A stretch of 64,000 bases of DNA from Octopus sinensis (GCF_006345805.1 NC_043010.1:9486001-9550000); one strand, 5' to 3'. Positions 37,874 to 51,139 are shown, counted from the stretch's first letter. Program-made: numbers and translations. Notes: generated by a model not told the origin, from the letters alone.

Positions 37874-38299
37874 ATCCTAAGGGCTTTTTCATGTCACCAG
37901 CATTCTAGTGAAGTCAGCAAGTAGCTTAGCAAAAGAAAACCTTTTGATTGAAAAGTGGTGTAGTATTGAGGGAGGTGGCTTTATGCCAGATGTTTCAAAG
38001 CTGAGGTATGATAGAGGGACAAGAACAGATATCTTTCTATGGAAGAGATACATGGCTATTCCAGCTGGAAAAGGAGAGGAAAAATGATTGAGATGAGATG
38101 TCAGGATGTACAAGAGGATGAATGTTAGATGTAGGAGTAAGGAAAGAGAAACTAATGAACAGAATTGGGTAAGAGTGACTGGGGGTTGAGTATATGAACT
38201 GAGGAACAGACAAGTGGACTTTTAGAAAATTTTCAATTTATTACGTTTATATATTTGTTGTGCAAGATTTTTTATGTGAAGTCGTGTGTTGAAACAGAT

Positions 38300-38681
38300 A
38301 TTGTTATATTTCGGAATGGTCATTTTGCCAGTTTAGCCAATAAAAACACACACACTATATATTTGATGTTATTTTGCTTCAGTGTTATTTATTTTTTACA
38401 TTAATCTTAATCTTATTTCAGCCAGAGTTCTTTCGTCACACTCCTGTGACCGCATCAAAATACAAAATGGCTGATGGTTAGTAAGGAGAGACACAAATAA
38501 GAAAGAAGAAAACAAAGGACCACTGATGCGGTCACAGGAGTGTGACAAAAGTACTCTGGCCGAAATAAGATTAAGATTAATGTAAAAAATAAATAACACT
38601 GAAGCAAAATAACACCAAATATATAGTGCGTGTGTTTTTATTGGCTAAACTGGCAAAATGACCATTCCGAAATATAACAAT
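38300..38681. mobile_element. Penelope-like foldback of a third family (158-bp arms 38300-38457 and 38524-38681)
   Basis: Near-perfect reverse complements, 66-nt spacer, hammerhead motif at the inner end of each arm. Confidence 0.75.
38520..38559 (+). ncRNA. Minimal hammerhead variant with CUGAUGC-G core, G12 mutated in this copy
   Basis: CCA-CTGATGC-G-GTCAC[AGGAGT]GTGAC-AAAA-GTAC-TC-TGG; the other arm has GAAA. Confidence 0.55.
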
Positions 38682-39128
38682 AAATTCAGTTTATTAGTTT
38701 CGATGATTTGGCCTGTATGTACGGTAAAGTCTTGAATCATTACATTTTCTTCCTCTGTTACAACCTAAGTGTGGTGCCTATACCACTTGTCAACAGTTTT
38801 GATTTTATAATGCCAACAATGTAAATATTGACCAATAGCGTCATATCTTGATTTATACTCTGCTGCTGCAAAAAACTTTACATTCAGAGATTAGGTGGTC
38901 CACTGTTTTAATCTCATCATTGTGGAAAGATCTGCTCGAGTTTTCGTCACATTGGCTTCGTAGTTCCAGGTCAATAAGCTTTCATATTAAGCAGCTAAGA
39001 TGAAGCCTTCACTCTATGCCCTAAGCCCTAAGCCCCATAGTCACTGATGGGTGTACATCTGGTGTATCCTCTACCTCCTCCTCCTCATGATCATGTTCAT
39101 CATCATGATCATCATCATCAACATCATC

Positions 39129-39160
<32 letters not shown>

Positions 39161-39169
39161 CATCAATAT

Positions 39170-39385
39170 ACCTATTTCTTTACTACCCACAAGGGGCTAA
39201 ACACAGAGAGGACAAACAAGGACAGACAAGGACGACCCAAGTGCGTAACTGGTACTTATTTAATCGACCCCGAAAGGATGAAAGGCAAAGTCGACCTCAG
39301 CGGAATTTGAACTCAGAATGTAGCGACAGACGAAATACCGCTAGGCGTTTCACCCGGCGTGCTAACGTTTCTGCCAGCTCACCAC
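39170..39385 (-). mobile_element. SINE family A, full length
   Basis: Reverse complement of family A. Confidence 0.85.
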
Positions 39386-39418
39386 CGTAATCATCAATAT
39401 ACCATTATCAGTATTATT

Positions 39419-39640
39419 AAGGCACTGAGCTGGCAGAACTGTTCACACACTGGGAAAGATGCTTAGTGTGTTTTCGTCCACCTTTGTATTCTGAGTTCGA
39501 ATTCCACCGAGGCTGAATTTGCCTTTCATCCTTTCAGGGTCAAGAAATTACGTACCAACGAAACATTGTGGATAATGTAATCAACTAGTGCGCTCCCTAC
39601 AAATTTCAGGCCTTGTGCCTATGGTAAGAAGGATTATTAA
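39419..39640 (+). mobile_element. Older SINE A-related copy
   Basis: GAGCTGGCAGAA head and GCCTTTCATCCTTTCAGGGTC core. Confidence 0.7.
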
Positions 39641-40029
39641 TATTATTGTTGTTGTTGTTGTTGGTATGCATTAGTACTAAATTAATATTCAATTTTTGCA
39701 GAAAGCTTTCAATAGCAAGTGTATCTTAACTTGTTCATTAAAAGAATACTATTGCATGCTTGTACACACACATTGATAGACATTCACACACATTCATGTA
39801 CACACAACAACAACAACACCAAAGACAACAAAACATCGACAACAACAGCAAATGCATAAACATATTGGTTTCAGATATTCATCAAGCTGAATGTGACCAC
39901 TAGAGATCTATTACCTATCACAATGGTAATAATTTTTTAGCACTCTCGGTCTTCATATAATTGCCATAAGCATGCTGTATATGCAGTGTATGTGTGCACG
40001 TGTGAAACATATGGATGCAGATGACTTAA

Positions 40030-40280
40030 ACACCCACTATGCATTTATTCATATATGTATATAGGCATTTATGTACACGCACATATATATGTATATGTAT
40101 ACATATATACATATATATTATATATATACACACACATATACATATACATGCATACATATATGTGTATATATATATATATATGTATACATATATACATATA
40201 TATATATATATACACACACATATACATATATGCGCACACATATATGTGTATATATATATATATTATACATATACGCACAC

Positions 40281-40322
<42 letters not shown>

Positions 40323-40435
40323 CATACATATACACACACATATGTATATATGTATATATATATAGGAATGTTTGTATGTATATATATATACAAACATATA
40401 TGATATATATATATATATATATATGTATATATCAT

Positions 40436-40470
<35 letters not shown>

Positions 40471-40500
40471 CATACATATATATGTATATATGCACGTGTG
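40030..40500. repeat. (TA)n/(CA)n low-complexity tract
   Basis: Source of many YI/HI ORFs. Confidence 0.95.
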
Positions 40501-40598
40501 TTAGGGGTTGTATTTAATGTATTTAATATCCATAGCTACATCTGCTTTTTACAAGGCAGCAATATACAGCAACTGCCTTTCTTATTTCTCTTCAATAG

Positions 40599-40688
40599 GT
40601 TCTTACTTCTCTTTCGTTCAGTAGATATGAAACGGACCAAGTGAAATTCTTATTTCAAACTGGGGCATTCATCTTGTCATTTGCATAA
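40599..40688 (+). CDS. Candidate terminal exon VLTSLSFSRYETDQVKFLFQTGAFILSFA*
   Basis: Strong acceptor ctttcttatttctcttcaatag|G; double stop TAATAA overlapping AATAAA; no homology recognised. Confidence 0.25.
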   Translation, partial: VLTSLSFSRYETDQVKFLFQTGAFILSFA

Positions 40689-40865
40689 TAAAGAACAAGA
40701 AAATTTATCTAAGAAGCTTTTTCTATCTTGATTTATATATATATATAAAATATAAAAAAATACATATGCATACATGCACCTATACAGATTTATATCTGCA
40801 TATGTGCATGTGTGTGTATGCATACATATATGTATATATATGCATGTACATATACATATATATAA

Positions 40866-40904
<39 letters not shown>

Positions 40905-41273
40905 TCTACATATATACACAAACATATATGCCTATTTTTTTAATAAATACATTTATATTTTTCACTTCCATTATAGCCCTCGTTGCAATTTTACTTTTCT
41001 TTAAATTTATCTAAACCATATATTCATATTTATTACTTTTTCCATTTAGATATTTTTGAGTGGAAACAGAAATATTTCCAATTTTCCAGTTGGCATGGCT
41101 TCTTGTTAGTGAAAACACTTTGCTTTAGTAGCAATTCTCCATTGTTGTAATTCAAATGCCAACAAATCACACACGTCATTGCTTAGACTTTCATGTAAAT
41201 TAATTCAGCTGTGCTTCTTTTGCAAAAGGAAAAAGTTGAAATTTTATATACGTATATGTATGTATACATATAT

Positions 41274-41329
<56 letters not shown>

Positions 41330-41470
41330 ACACTTAAAATATATATATATTTATAAATATAAAAACATACTATATATATATATAGTATGTGTGGGTATAA
41401 ATCATATACCTGTGCAAATAATAGTATATGTGTGTATATATGTATGTATATGTGTGTATTATGTTTGTTG

Positions 41471-41506
<36 letters not shown>

Positions 41507-41607
41507 TATACGTGTGTGTGTGTAAGTAAAAGTGATAAGGAATTTATATATAAATATATAACTGAGCATAGCGAAAAATATGCATGAACTTATGTATATG
41601 TATATGA

Positions 41608-41640
<33 letters not shown>

Positions 41641-41669
41641 TATATATACATACATATATATACACATAT

Positions 41670-41702
<33 letters not shown>

Positions 41703-42299
41703 ATATATATATATATGTATATATATATATATGTATATATATATACACACATATACCATGTAAATAAAAGTTATAACTATCAATCTATCATTCCATCTCA
41801 CTCCATATATCTCTGTATGTTCGTGTGTACATGTGTGGTTATATGTGCGTGTATGCTTTTATGTAAATGTATATAGGTAATAAATGATTGAAGCGTCTCA
41901 TTTTATAGCCATTGCGATTGGGAAAAAGCTTTTCTTCCCCTTTTCTAATCATCTCTCAAGAACTCCTGAACAGTCAGTTTGCTTTTAAAATCTACTTTGC
42001 CAACCATGAAGTTTTATCTACTTTTTATTTGCCATCCTTTCATACTGAGAAAAATTCTTCCTTAGATTTTGTTGCTTTTGTTTTCTGCCATTTTTTTTTG
42101 TTTTGTTTTATATTAATACTTCCTTCCCTATTATGACTTTTGTATGTGTGTATATGTTTGTATGTATGTGTGTGTTTTTGCTGTTTTAGCATCGTATTTT
42201 TTTTTTTTTTCACAGTTTTTGTGCCATTAAAGATCACTTTTTCGTTACTTTACCAGTAAAATGCTGGATCTGTCTGCTGAACGAATTCATTACAGATGT

Positions 42300-42304
42300 T
42301 ATTC

Positions 42305-42361
<57 letters not shown>

Positions 42362-42376
42362 TAATAATAATAATAA

Positions 42377-42411
<35 letters not shown>

Positions 42412-42468
42412 TAACAACAACAAAAACAACAATAATAACAACAATGATAACGATTTCATTTATTTGCC

Positions 42469-42508
<40 letters not shown>

Positions 42509-42523
42509 TAATAATAATAATAA

Positions 42524-42588
<65 letters not shown>

Positions 42589-42642
42589 CAATAATAACAA
42601 CAATGACTCCGATTTCATTTAGTTGCCAATAATAATAATAAT

Positions 42643-42679
<37 letters not shown>

Positions 42680-42692
42680 GTAATAATAATTT
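42300..42692. repeat. (TAA)n microsatellite with a duplicated non-repetitive spacer
   Basis: CGATTTCATTTA(T/G)TTGCCAAT occurs at about 42451 and 42610. Confidence 0.9.
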
Positions 42693-44094
42693 ATTAATGG
42701 TTTGGTTGTGTTGTTGATGCAATCCATTTATTTCTTTTCTTGAATATTAATGACATCAAGCATGTATCATTGCAAATGCTTGGTTTTCATCCAAAGAGAT
42801 GATATAAAATTTTCTTCCCACTTACATTTTCAAGCTGCAGTTGTCAAAGAACATAAGAAAATCCATTTTTTTGTGTGTTGTTGTTTTCACTTTTCAACAG
42901 AAAGGGCATTTATTACAACAAGCAAATTTTATTTGGGTTAACTTTGAGTGTGCCTAATTAATTAGCAAAGGAATGAAAGAGGCTTCAACATCAATTATCT
43001 CCACACTCACACACACACACACATATATATGTATATATATATATATAATCACTGTGATTTGTCGCGTAAAAAATTTTGTAAGTTTAGGAGTGAACAAAAA
43101 CCTTGAGTCCCTAAGAAATTAGTGCTGATCTGTATCAACAAAAGTCAGCTAATGAAAATCTCAGAATGGAATAAGTTCATGTGTTGTGAGGAAAAGGGAA
43201 TTGTAATGTAAATTTGGAAATGTGAGGAAATTTGTAAGGGGCTGTGGCAGCAAGAATAAATCTTTTTCTTTCCACTGTTAAAAAGAAATAGCCAAAATGA
43301 TAGATTTCTTATTCCTCTATATCACTGAATCTATTTGACATGCAACAAATTCTTCTCTTGAATCCTAATGTTTTTGAAGAAGCTCTTCTTTAAAAAAAAA
43401 GGCCATTATGTGAAATGCTATAATTCACTTCTGATGGCAAACTCATGGATGAAAATCGAAACAGCATGCTGATGTCCTTGAGAGAAAGCAACACCAAAAT
43501 GGCAGTCTGCCTAAAATATTTGGGGCGGCATTTCAGCGGAAATCTATTATTTATTTTTTTATGAAATAAAACAAAAAAATCCTCATGGATTTTGTCCAGA
43601 AAAATTGCTGAAGCTTACACTTTATCTTCATATGACAGGACATCCAGTGGCAGGGGTGCATAGATTTAATACTAGTGATAGACCTAGCAACACAAATCCT
43701 AAAGAAAAACACTGGAAAAGTACCGAGGCCTGCAGTAATTAAAATTTTGTAGTGACAAAAATTGCAGAGAAAAGCACTGGTAAAATACCAAGGCCTGCAG
43801 TAATTAAAATATTGTTAATCAAAGGAGAAATTTTACTTCCATACAAAAGAAACGAAAAAAGAGTGTATTTACAAATTATTGGTTTCTGATCTAGGTACAG
43901 GGAAAGCAATTGTGATGGGAGGTGTTTGCTGATAATATTTAGCCTTGCACTTAATCGGTACTTTATTTTAACATCTCTGAAAGGATGTAAGGCAAAGCTG
44001 ACCCAAGTGGGATTTAAACTTAGAATGCAAAAATCTAGAACTCATACTGCAAAGATTTTTTTCCTTTCCAATGTCTTAATTCTTTCAAGACCTA

Positions 44095-44323
44095 TTTCTT
44101 TATTACCCAGAAGGGGCTAAACACAGAGGGGACAAACAAGGACAGACATAGGTATTAAGTCGATTACATCGACCCCCAGTGCATAACTGGTACTTAATTT
44201 ATCGACCCCAAAAGGATGAAAGGCAAAGTCGACCTCGGCGGAATTTGAACTCACAACATAACACAGACGAAATGCCGCTAAGCATTTCGCCTGGCGTGCT
44301 AACGTTTCTGCCAGCTCACCGCC
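44095..44323 (-). mobile_element. SINE family A, full length
   Basis: Reverse complement of family A. Confidence 0.85.
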
Positions 44324-44835
44324 TGTATTCTTTTAAGACCTAACAGCTGTTGGAACCTGTAAAAGAATAAAATACATCAAAAACAAAAACTGACACTGCT
44401 ACATCTACAACTACATCAGCAGTAACATTAGCATTGATGATAATAAAGTATTTTTATTGAAGCAAAAGATCAATTTTCATATTTATGTTGGTGTTAATAT
44501 ATTTGATAGAAGGGCAATTTAAAAAGCTAAGTTATATGGTGAAAACAATGAAGTACAATATTAGCCACCATTAATCATATCATTCTAATTATTTTGACAA
44601 GCATGGTTGACAACATGTTTCTGTCTTATTATGACCTCATCTATGAAGCAAAAGCTTCAACATAGGCTGAGAGACTACAAAGTGATTCACCCTGTTGTTG
44701 TTATTTGTCCCTCAGTCAATTCTGATGGAACAAACATATGAAAGAAACTCCATTTTTATATTAAAAAGACACAATATACCCATGCAGTGGGATTAAACCT
44801 GAAATTATGTATATGTGTAGAGAGAGAGATGTCAA

Positions 44836-45205
44836 TCCTTTATCCTCTACTTGTTTCAGTCAATGGACTGTGGCCAAGCTGGGGCACCACCTTCAATACT
44901 ACAGAATTGATATTTTTTTTCAAAATCTTAGTAATTATTTTGTCAGTCTCTTTTGCCAAACCGCTAAACAGACCTACACTGATTATCAAGTGATAGTGAG
45001 TGTCAAACACAAACCACAGTCTCTTCTCCCCACTACTTATATATACATATGATGGGCTTCTTTCAGTTTCTATCCACAAAATCCTCTCACAATGCTTCGC
45101 TCAGCTAAGGGCTATTTTAGAAGATACTTGTCCAAAGTGCCTCTCAGTGGAACTGAACCAGGAACCATGTGGTTTGTAAGCAAACATTTTACCACACAGC
45201 CATGC
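44836..45205 (-). mobile_element. SINE family B, decayed
   Basis: Colinear similarity to family B. Confidence 0.7.
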
Positions 45206-45539
45206 CCATATATACATGTGTGTGTGTGTGAGCATACATATATATGTGTGTATATATATGTATGTATACATATATATATATATATATAGTATATATATAT
45301 ATATATATTATATACATATATATGTGTGTGTGTGTGTTGTGTATATATATATATAATAATATGTATATGTATATATATATATATATATAATATATATATA
45401 TCTATACATACATACATTTATATTTATATATATGCGTGACAACACAACATATATATACATTCATACACACACACACATATATATATATACCTACTACATA
45501 TATATGCATACATACACACAAACACACACACATATATAT

Positions 45540-45544
45540 GTATG

Positions 45545-45609
<65 letters not shown>

Positions 45610-45610
45610 T

Positions 45611-45667
<57 letters not shown>

Positions 45668-45687
45668 TATATATATATTATATATAT

Positions 45688-45731
<44 letters not shown>

Positions 45732-45732
45732 T

Positions 45733-45790
<58 letters not shown>
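45540..45790. repeat. Long (TA)n tract
   Basis: About 250 bp of nearly pure AT alternation. Confidence 0.95.
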
Positions 45791-45803
<13 letters not shown>

Positions 45804-46129
45804 AGAAAGTGAAAAAGAGTGAATGAGAGAGAGAGAGAATGTAGGGTGGAATCTGAAAGAGATTTTACTACTATATCTAGCAGACCAGACAACCTTATAG
45901 AGACACCTGGTAGTGGTGGCGGTAGTAGCGGTGGTAGTTTTAGTGGAGGCATGTTGGTGGTGGTGGTGGGGTGGGGGGTTGTACTGGAGTTGGTGTTTGA
46001 GGTGGTTTCAGTCATGTAGAAAATATTGAACAAAGCTCTGTACTGCCTGTCAAAAAGGTGTGTGTAGTTAAAACATCAATCTAGCTATGAGTTTGATCAC
46101 TACTGAAGGAGAAATAGCAGTGTTTCACA

Positions 46130-47620
46130 CATGATTTGCACACAACTGTCTCTTTTGAGTTTTTCTATCAACTCTCACCACCATACTTTCCTCTCTCTCT
46201 CCCCACCACTACCCCCTACCACCTTGTATTTCCCCGCCTACTTTTCTGTAATATTCTTTCTTTTCCTGTATTCCTTTGTACCCTCCTCTCTTTGCCATTC
46301 TCTCATTCTCTTACTGTCTTTTTTTTTCTCGTCCCCTCTCATCTTTATCTTTTATTTTCCTCCTGTTTTTCCCATCTTTTACAAACTCAATCATAATTCT
46401 TAGTATGTCTTTTCTATTCCCTCCTCTCTCTCCCCCCTTCTCTCTCACACACTCTCTCCCCTCCCTCTCCCTCCTACATTCTCTCTTTGTATTTCTTCAG
46501 TTCTTTTCTTCTTTCCTTTCATCTCCATTTAAAAAAAACAACTTTTTATTCACTCTCTTTTACTTTATTACACTTTCATTCACAACCCAGTTATGAGAAC
46601 TATCTACCTGGTCATTTGATTTGGCTAGAAATAATAGCCAACTTTCAAATCCCTCTCTTCCATCTTGAAAAAAAAAAAAAAAAAAAACAATCCACAGTAT
46701 ATCATCTGTATACACAATTTAAATAAGATAGGATGATCAAAGATGGAATATTTTTAATCCTTGGGCTACCTGGTCAGAGCTAACTTAGGGTTAAACAGCA
46801 AAAACAACCCTTTCACTCCTTTTCTCTCCTCCTGCTCCCACTCCTTCTACATTCAGTTTTCAAACTTCTGTTTTCCTCCCACTTCTACTCTTCCTTTCCC
46901 TTTGCTGTCACAGTCATTTTATTCTTCCCCACTTTCTCAATCCTAAGTTTTCCCTCCTACTCCATTTTTAAAGAGATTCTTTCTTATTTTCTCTTTCTTT
47001 CTTTTTCTCCTTTTACTCTTGCCACTTGCTTGAATCATCTCCTCTTCCACTCCTCTCTCTCTCTCTCTTCCCACCTTTCTTTCACCTGTCATTCTCCTGG
47101 CTTGATACTAACACATTGCTTCCTATCCTGTAATTAATTACTCTCCTTCCCTTTCTCTCTCTCTTTCTCTCTCTTGCACTCTTTCGCACTCTTTCACACT
47201 CTCTTTTCCCTCTTTCTGTTTTCATGCTTTTACCTTCTATTCTGTTTTGTTTACCCTTTCCCTCTCTTTATCTCTGTCTGTGTCAGTCTTTCAAGTCTTT
47301 GTTTTTCTTTTTCTCTCCTTCTTCAGTATTCTCCTTCTCTCCCTCCTCTCTCTCTCCTTCTCTCTGATTACTAAAGCATCTCTCAACCTTCAACTTTTCT
47401 TGTTTACTGCCACTCTCTGCTTCCCATTCGTTCTTACTCAACCTCTCTATCCCCCTCTGTCTTCCTCTTCATCTCTCTCTCTCACTTCATCTCTCTCCCT
47501 ATTACTCACTCAAGCTTTTTTTCATTCATCTTAATTATCAATCTCATATATTTTAACTGTGTTTTCTTTTTTCTGTCTTATATCTATCTATCTTCCATCT
47601 CTCTGAGCCCCCACACACTC
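46130..47620. repeat. Polypyrimidine (CT-rich) low-complexity block, about 1.5 kb
   Basis: Strong C/T strand bias, source of the S/L/F ORFs. Confidence 0.8.
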
Positions 47621-48421
47621 TCTCTCACACACATACGCGTACATACATACATACATACATACACTTTTCCCTTTATTTTTAAGTCTTTCCTTCATTTTAT
47701 CTCTTTTGTCATATTATTTATATTTTCACTCTTACTAGCTGTTATTATCTCCCATAAAATAAATTCATTCTGATATATCTTTCAGAACAAAACTTTTTTC
47801 TGTTTGATTCATTCACTAGAGAATATTGCCAGAAAATTTCGTTCATATCTTTCCTTTTAATTTATTTTTTCATCTATTATTTCTTCATTCTTTCTTTTTT
47901 CTTTGTTTTTTTTTTTCTTCTACTCTGTTCTTTTAAAATATTATCTAAGGAATCAAATTGCTTTTCTTTGCTTTGGTCCAAAGAATTATCCTTGATGCAC
48001 CACTCTACACAAATTGAAAAAAAAAAATTGCTTTCATTTAAGTTGTCATAATACAACTTTCTTCTTTTGTGTTCTTCTATTATTTTTTTTTTTAATTTGT
48101 ATACTTGTTTGTAGTTTTGCATTTTTCCTACATTTATCATCACCTATCTTCGCAATCATCTTCATCAGTGTCTCTTGCAGAGAATAGCTTCTACTTTTTT
48201 GGTTCCTTGAATTCCATTGGAATATTTCCATCTCTGTTTAGCTAATCAAACACAACACATATGATGATAGCATTCAAACGTTTGGTACTTTTTGGTGGTG
48301 CTTTGAAAAGGCAAATGGAAATATTTGTCATAAAAGTGTGCTCGCGAAAGCACTGTCTTTTAAATAGGAACATATATATAATATTTATGTAATGATATGA
48401 ATATGCATATATATATAAATA

Positions 48422-48491
<70 letters not shown>

Positions 48492-48749
48492 AATATATAT
48501 ATGTATATATATATATCACTTATCTGTCTGTCAATATATATATGATTTGAACTATATGGATATATATGTATGATATATATACACACATATATGTATGTGT
48601 GTATGATATATGTGTGGTGTATATATGTATATATGTGTGTATGCACGTGTGTGCAATAGGAGCATGTGTGTTCACAAACACATTTATGTACATCTATCTA
48701 CATATATATATACCTATAATATATATATTTATATATACATATATTATAT

Positions 48750-48785
<36 letters not shown>

Positions 48786-49569
48786 CATATGTGTGAGTTT
48801 TTGTATGTACATCATATGTATAGAATCATTTTGCTTCTGCTTTCCCATGGTAACATGAGTTGAACAAGTCATTATAACTCAAGTCAAATCTTAATGCTTT
48901 TCCATATTCCATTTTTGATATTGCTTCTACAACTAGATGCCCTTTCTGTTGCTACCCACTTCACAAAACCAATACGACAGTTTTTCTCTCATCTTCAGCA
49001 ATATTTCCATTTATTTGTTCCTTTTCTTCCTTCAGAGCTGAGTAGGAGGAGAGACAGGGGTATGGTAGAAGAGTAAAACAATAGATTTAGGGTGATAAAT
49101 GCAAGAAGGAAATACAAGAAGAAAAGAGAGTGAGAGAGAGGAAGGGAGAGAGAGTAATAGAAGAATGAAGGAAGAAGGCAGCTATATCAGGGTAGTTGGT
49201 AAAGATATTGGATAGAAGCATTCTAATTGACTGAGATAGTGAAAGAAAAATGAATGATAACAACAAAGCAGAGTTAGAGGAAAGAAAGAAAAGAAATAGA
49301 AGTAAACCAGAGTAACACGATTAAGGTAAAAGTAAAAATGTAAAAAGATTAAGGTAAAAGTAATGGCAGAGCAGGAGAGAATAAGATGGGAAGAGGGAGA
49401 CATCTTCCTGATGATTGTTACCAAGGAGTTTGAATAGAAAACTCATTAGTGTTATGATGGGAGAAACGAGAGAGTGAGACTCATAGGCCGTAAAATAGGA
49501 AAAAAGCTGTGGGAATAATGAGAATGAGAGAGTGATGAGAGAGAGGAGTAATGGATGTTAATAATTAGA

Positions 49570-49936
49570 GAGGCGGTTGGATGGAACCTACACTCGCCTC
49601 CTTATGAGAGCTCAAAATCTCTCGTGGAAGCATCATCCAACTAAAATGCAAATATATGGGAAACTACCACCTGTGTCATCTCTTGTGAAAGGTAGGAGAG
49701 TCCAGTTTGCTGGACATAGTTGTAGAGCTGGAAAAGAGGTAATTTCTACTTTCTTCCTCTGGAAGCCATCTACTCGCAATACCAGAGGGCGCACACTCTC
49801 CTACCCTGATGTAATCTCCAGGGATACAGGCATCCAGCAACAGGACCTCCGTAATGCCATGATGGACCGTGAAGTCTGGCGTAGCATGGTAAATTCCATT
49901 GTCTCGACCACGGTCGAACAATGATGATGATGATGA
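49570..49936 (+). mobile_element. RTE-clade LINE 3' end with (TGA)n tail
   Basis: LDGTYTRLLMRAQNLSW..RRVQFAGHSCRA..LWKP..GR..YPDVISRDTG..AMMDREVWR then TGATGATGA. Confidence 0.85.
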
Positions 49937-50424
49937 GTGAGAGAGGAGGGAATAATTTGAGTAAGTGTGATGGAAAGCCGTCATGATGGCTAAGACAGTG
50001 GTATGCAATTGGGAGTGATTGATGTTAATAATGAGTGACGCAGGAGCAATTAATGAGAAAAGTAGGGAAGGGAACAGAGAGGGAACAAGAGAGGGACAGA
50101 GAGTAAGGGCCAGCATGAGTTGGACACGGCATAGCACATCAAGGGTCTTCCACAAAAGCCGGCATTAACCAATACCTCGTGGGTGAATTTGGAAAATGGA
50201 AACTGTGTGGAAGCTTGTCATACATCTATGTGTGTGTGTGTGTGTGTGCGTGTGCGTGTGCATGTGTGTATATGTGAGTGTGTCTGTGTTTTTATGATTG
50301 TCCCCCACCCCACCCTTTGGCAACCAGTGTTGATTTGCTTACATCTCCATAAGTTGGGAATTCAGCAAAAGAAAAAATTGAATAAGTATCAGGCATTAAA
50401 ATATCTAAACTCTGGGTCTGTCTG

Positions 50425-50475
<51 letters not shown>

Positions 50476-50478
<3 letters not shown>

Positions 50479-50790
50479 GATCTCTTTTGCCGAACCGCTA
50501 AGTGACAGGGACGTAAACACACCAGCATTGGTTGTCAAACAATGCTAGGGGGACAAACACAGACACACATATATATATATATATACATATATACGACAGG
50601 CTTCTTTCAGTTTCCGTCTACCAAATCCACTCACAAGGCATTGGTCGGCCCGGGGCTATAGCAGAAGACAGAATAAGATAGAAAAAGTACTGGGCTTACA
50701 AAAAATAAGTCCCGGGGTCGATTTGCTCGACTAAAGGCGGTGCTCCAGCATGGCCGCAGTCAAATGATTGAAACAAGTAAAAGAGTAAAA
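50476..50790. mobile_element. SINE family B with an inverted 5' segment
   Basis: 50476-50669 in minus orientation, 50670-50790 in plus orientation, contiguous in the family sequence. Confidence 0.8.
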
Positions 50791-51139
50791 TAGGTATATA
50801 TTAAACATATATAGATATAGATACATAGGGATATTACACACACGTATATACATATATAAGTAATATATAATATATATATATAATATATATATATATGTAT
50901 GTATATATGTATGTATGTATACATACATATATATATATATGCATAAATAGGTTAATATTGGCAAAGATGCTATATGTAGCAGTGATGGCTGTTTGATAAT
51001 GCCAATGATGAAGATTGAGATATATCTTTACAAATATATTTTTATTCGTATTTTCTCTTCCCATATCTAATTCCATCACTGTCTATGTACAGTGTGTGCA
51101 CGTGCTTGTATGTATGTATGTGTAAGCCTTCGTGTGTGT

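Noticed and set aside
40026-41876. Tyr-Ile rich ORF stacks (also 4288-5202 and 45112-46033)
   Set aside because: Translations of (TA)n tracts.
43480-43560. QHQNGSLPKIFWGGISAE, weakly like the Tc1 VWGGIS motif
   Set aside because: No TIRs or other DDE motifs found nearby.
47877-49043. Purine-rich minus-strand peptides (ALKEEKEQINGNIAEDERKTV; DGNIPMEFKEPKK*KLFSARDTDEDDCED)
   Set aside because: In-frame stops, competing plus-strand signals and compositional bias; no consistent exon chain.
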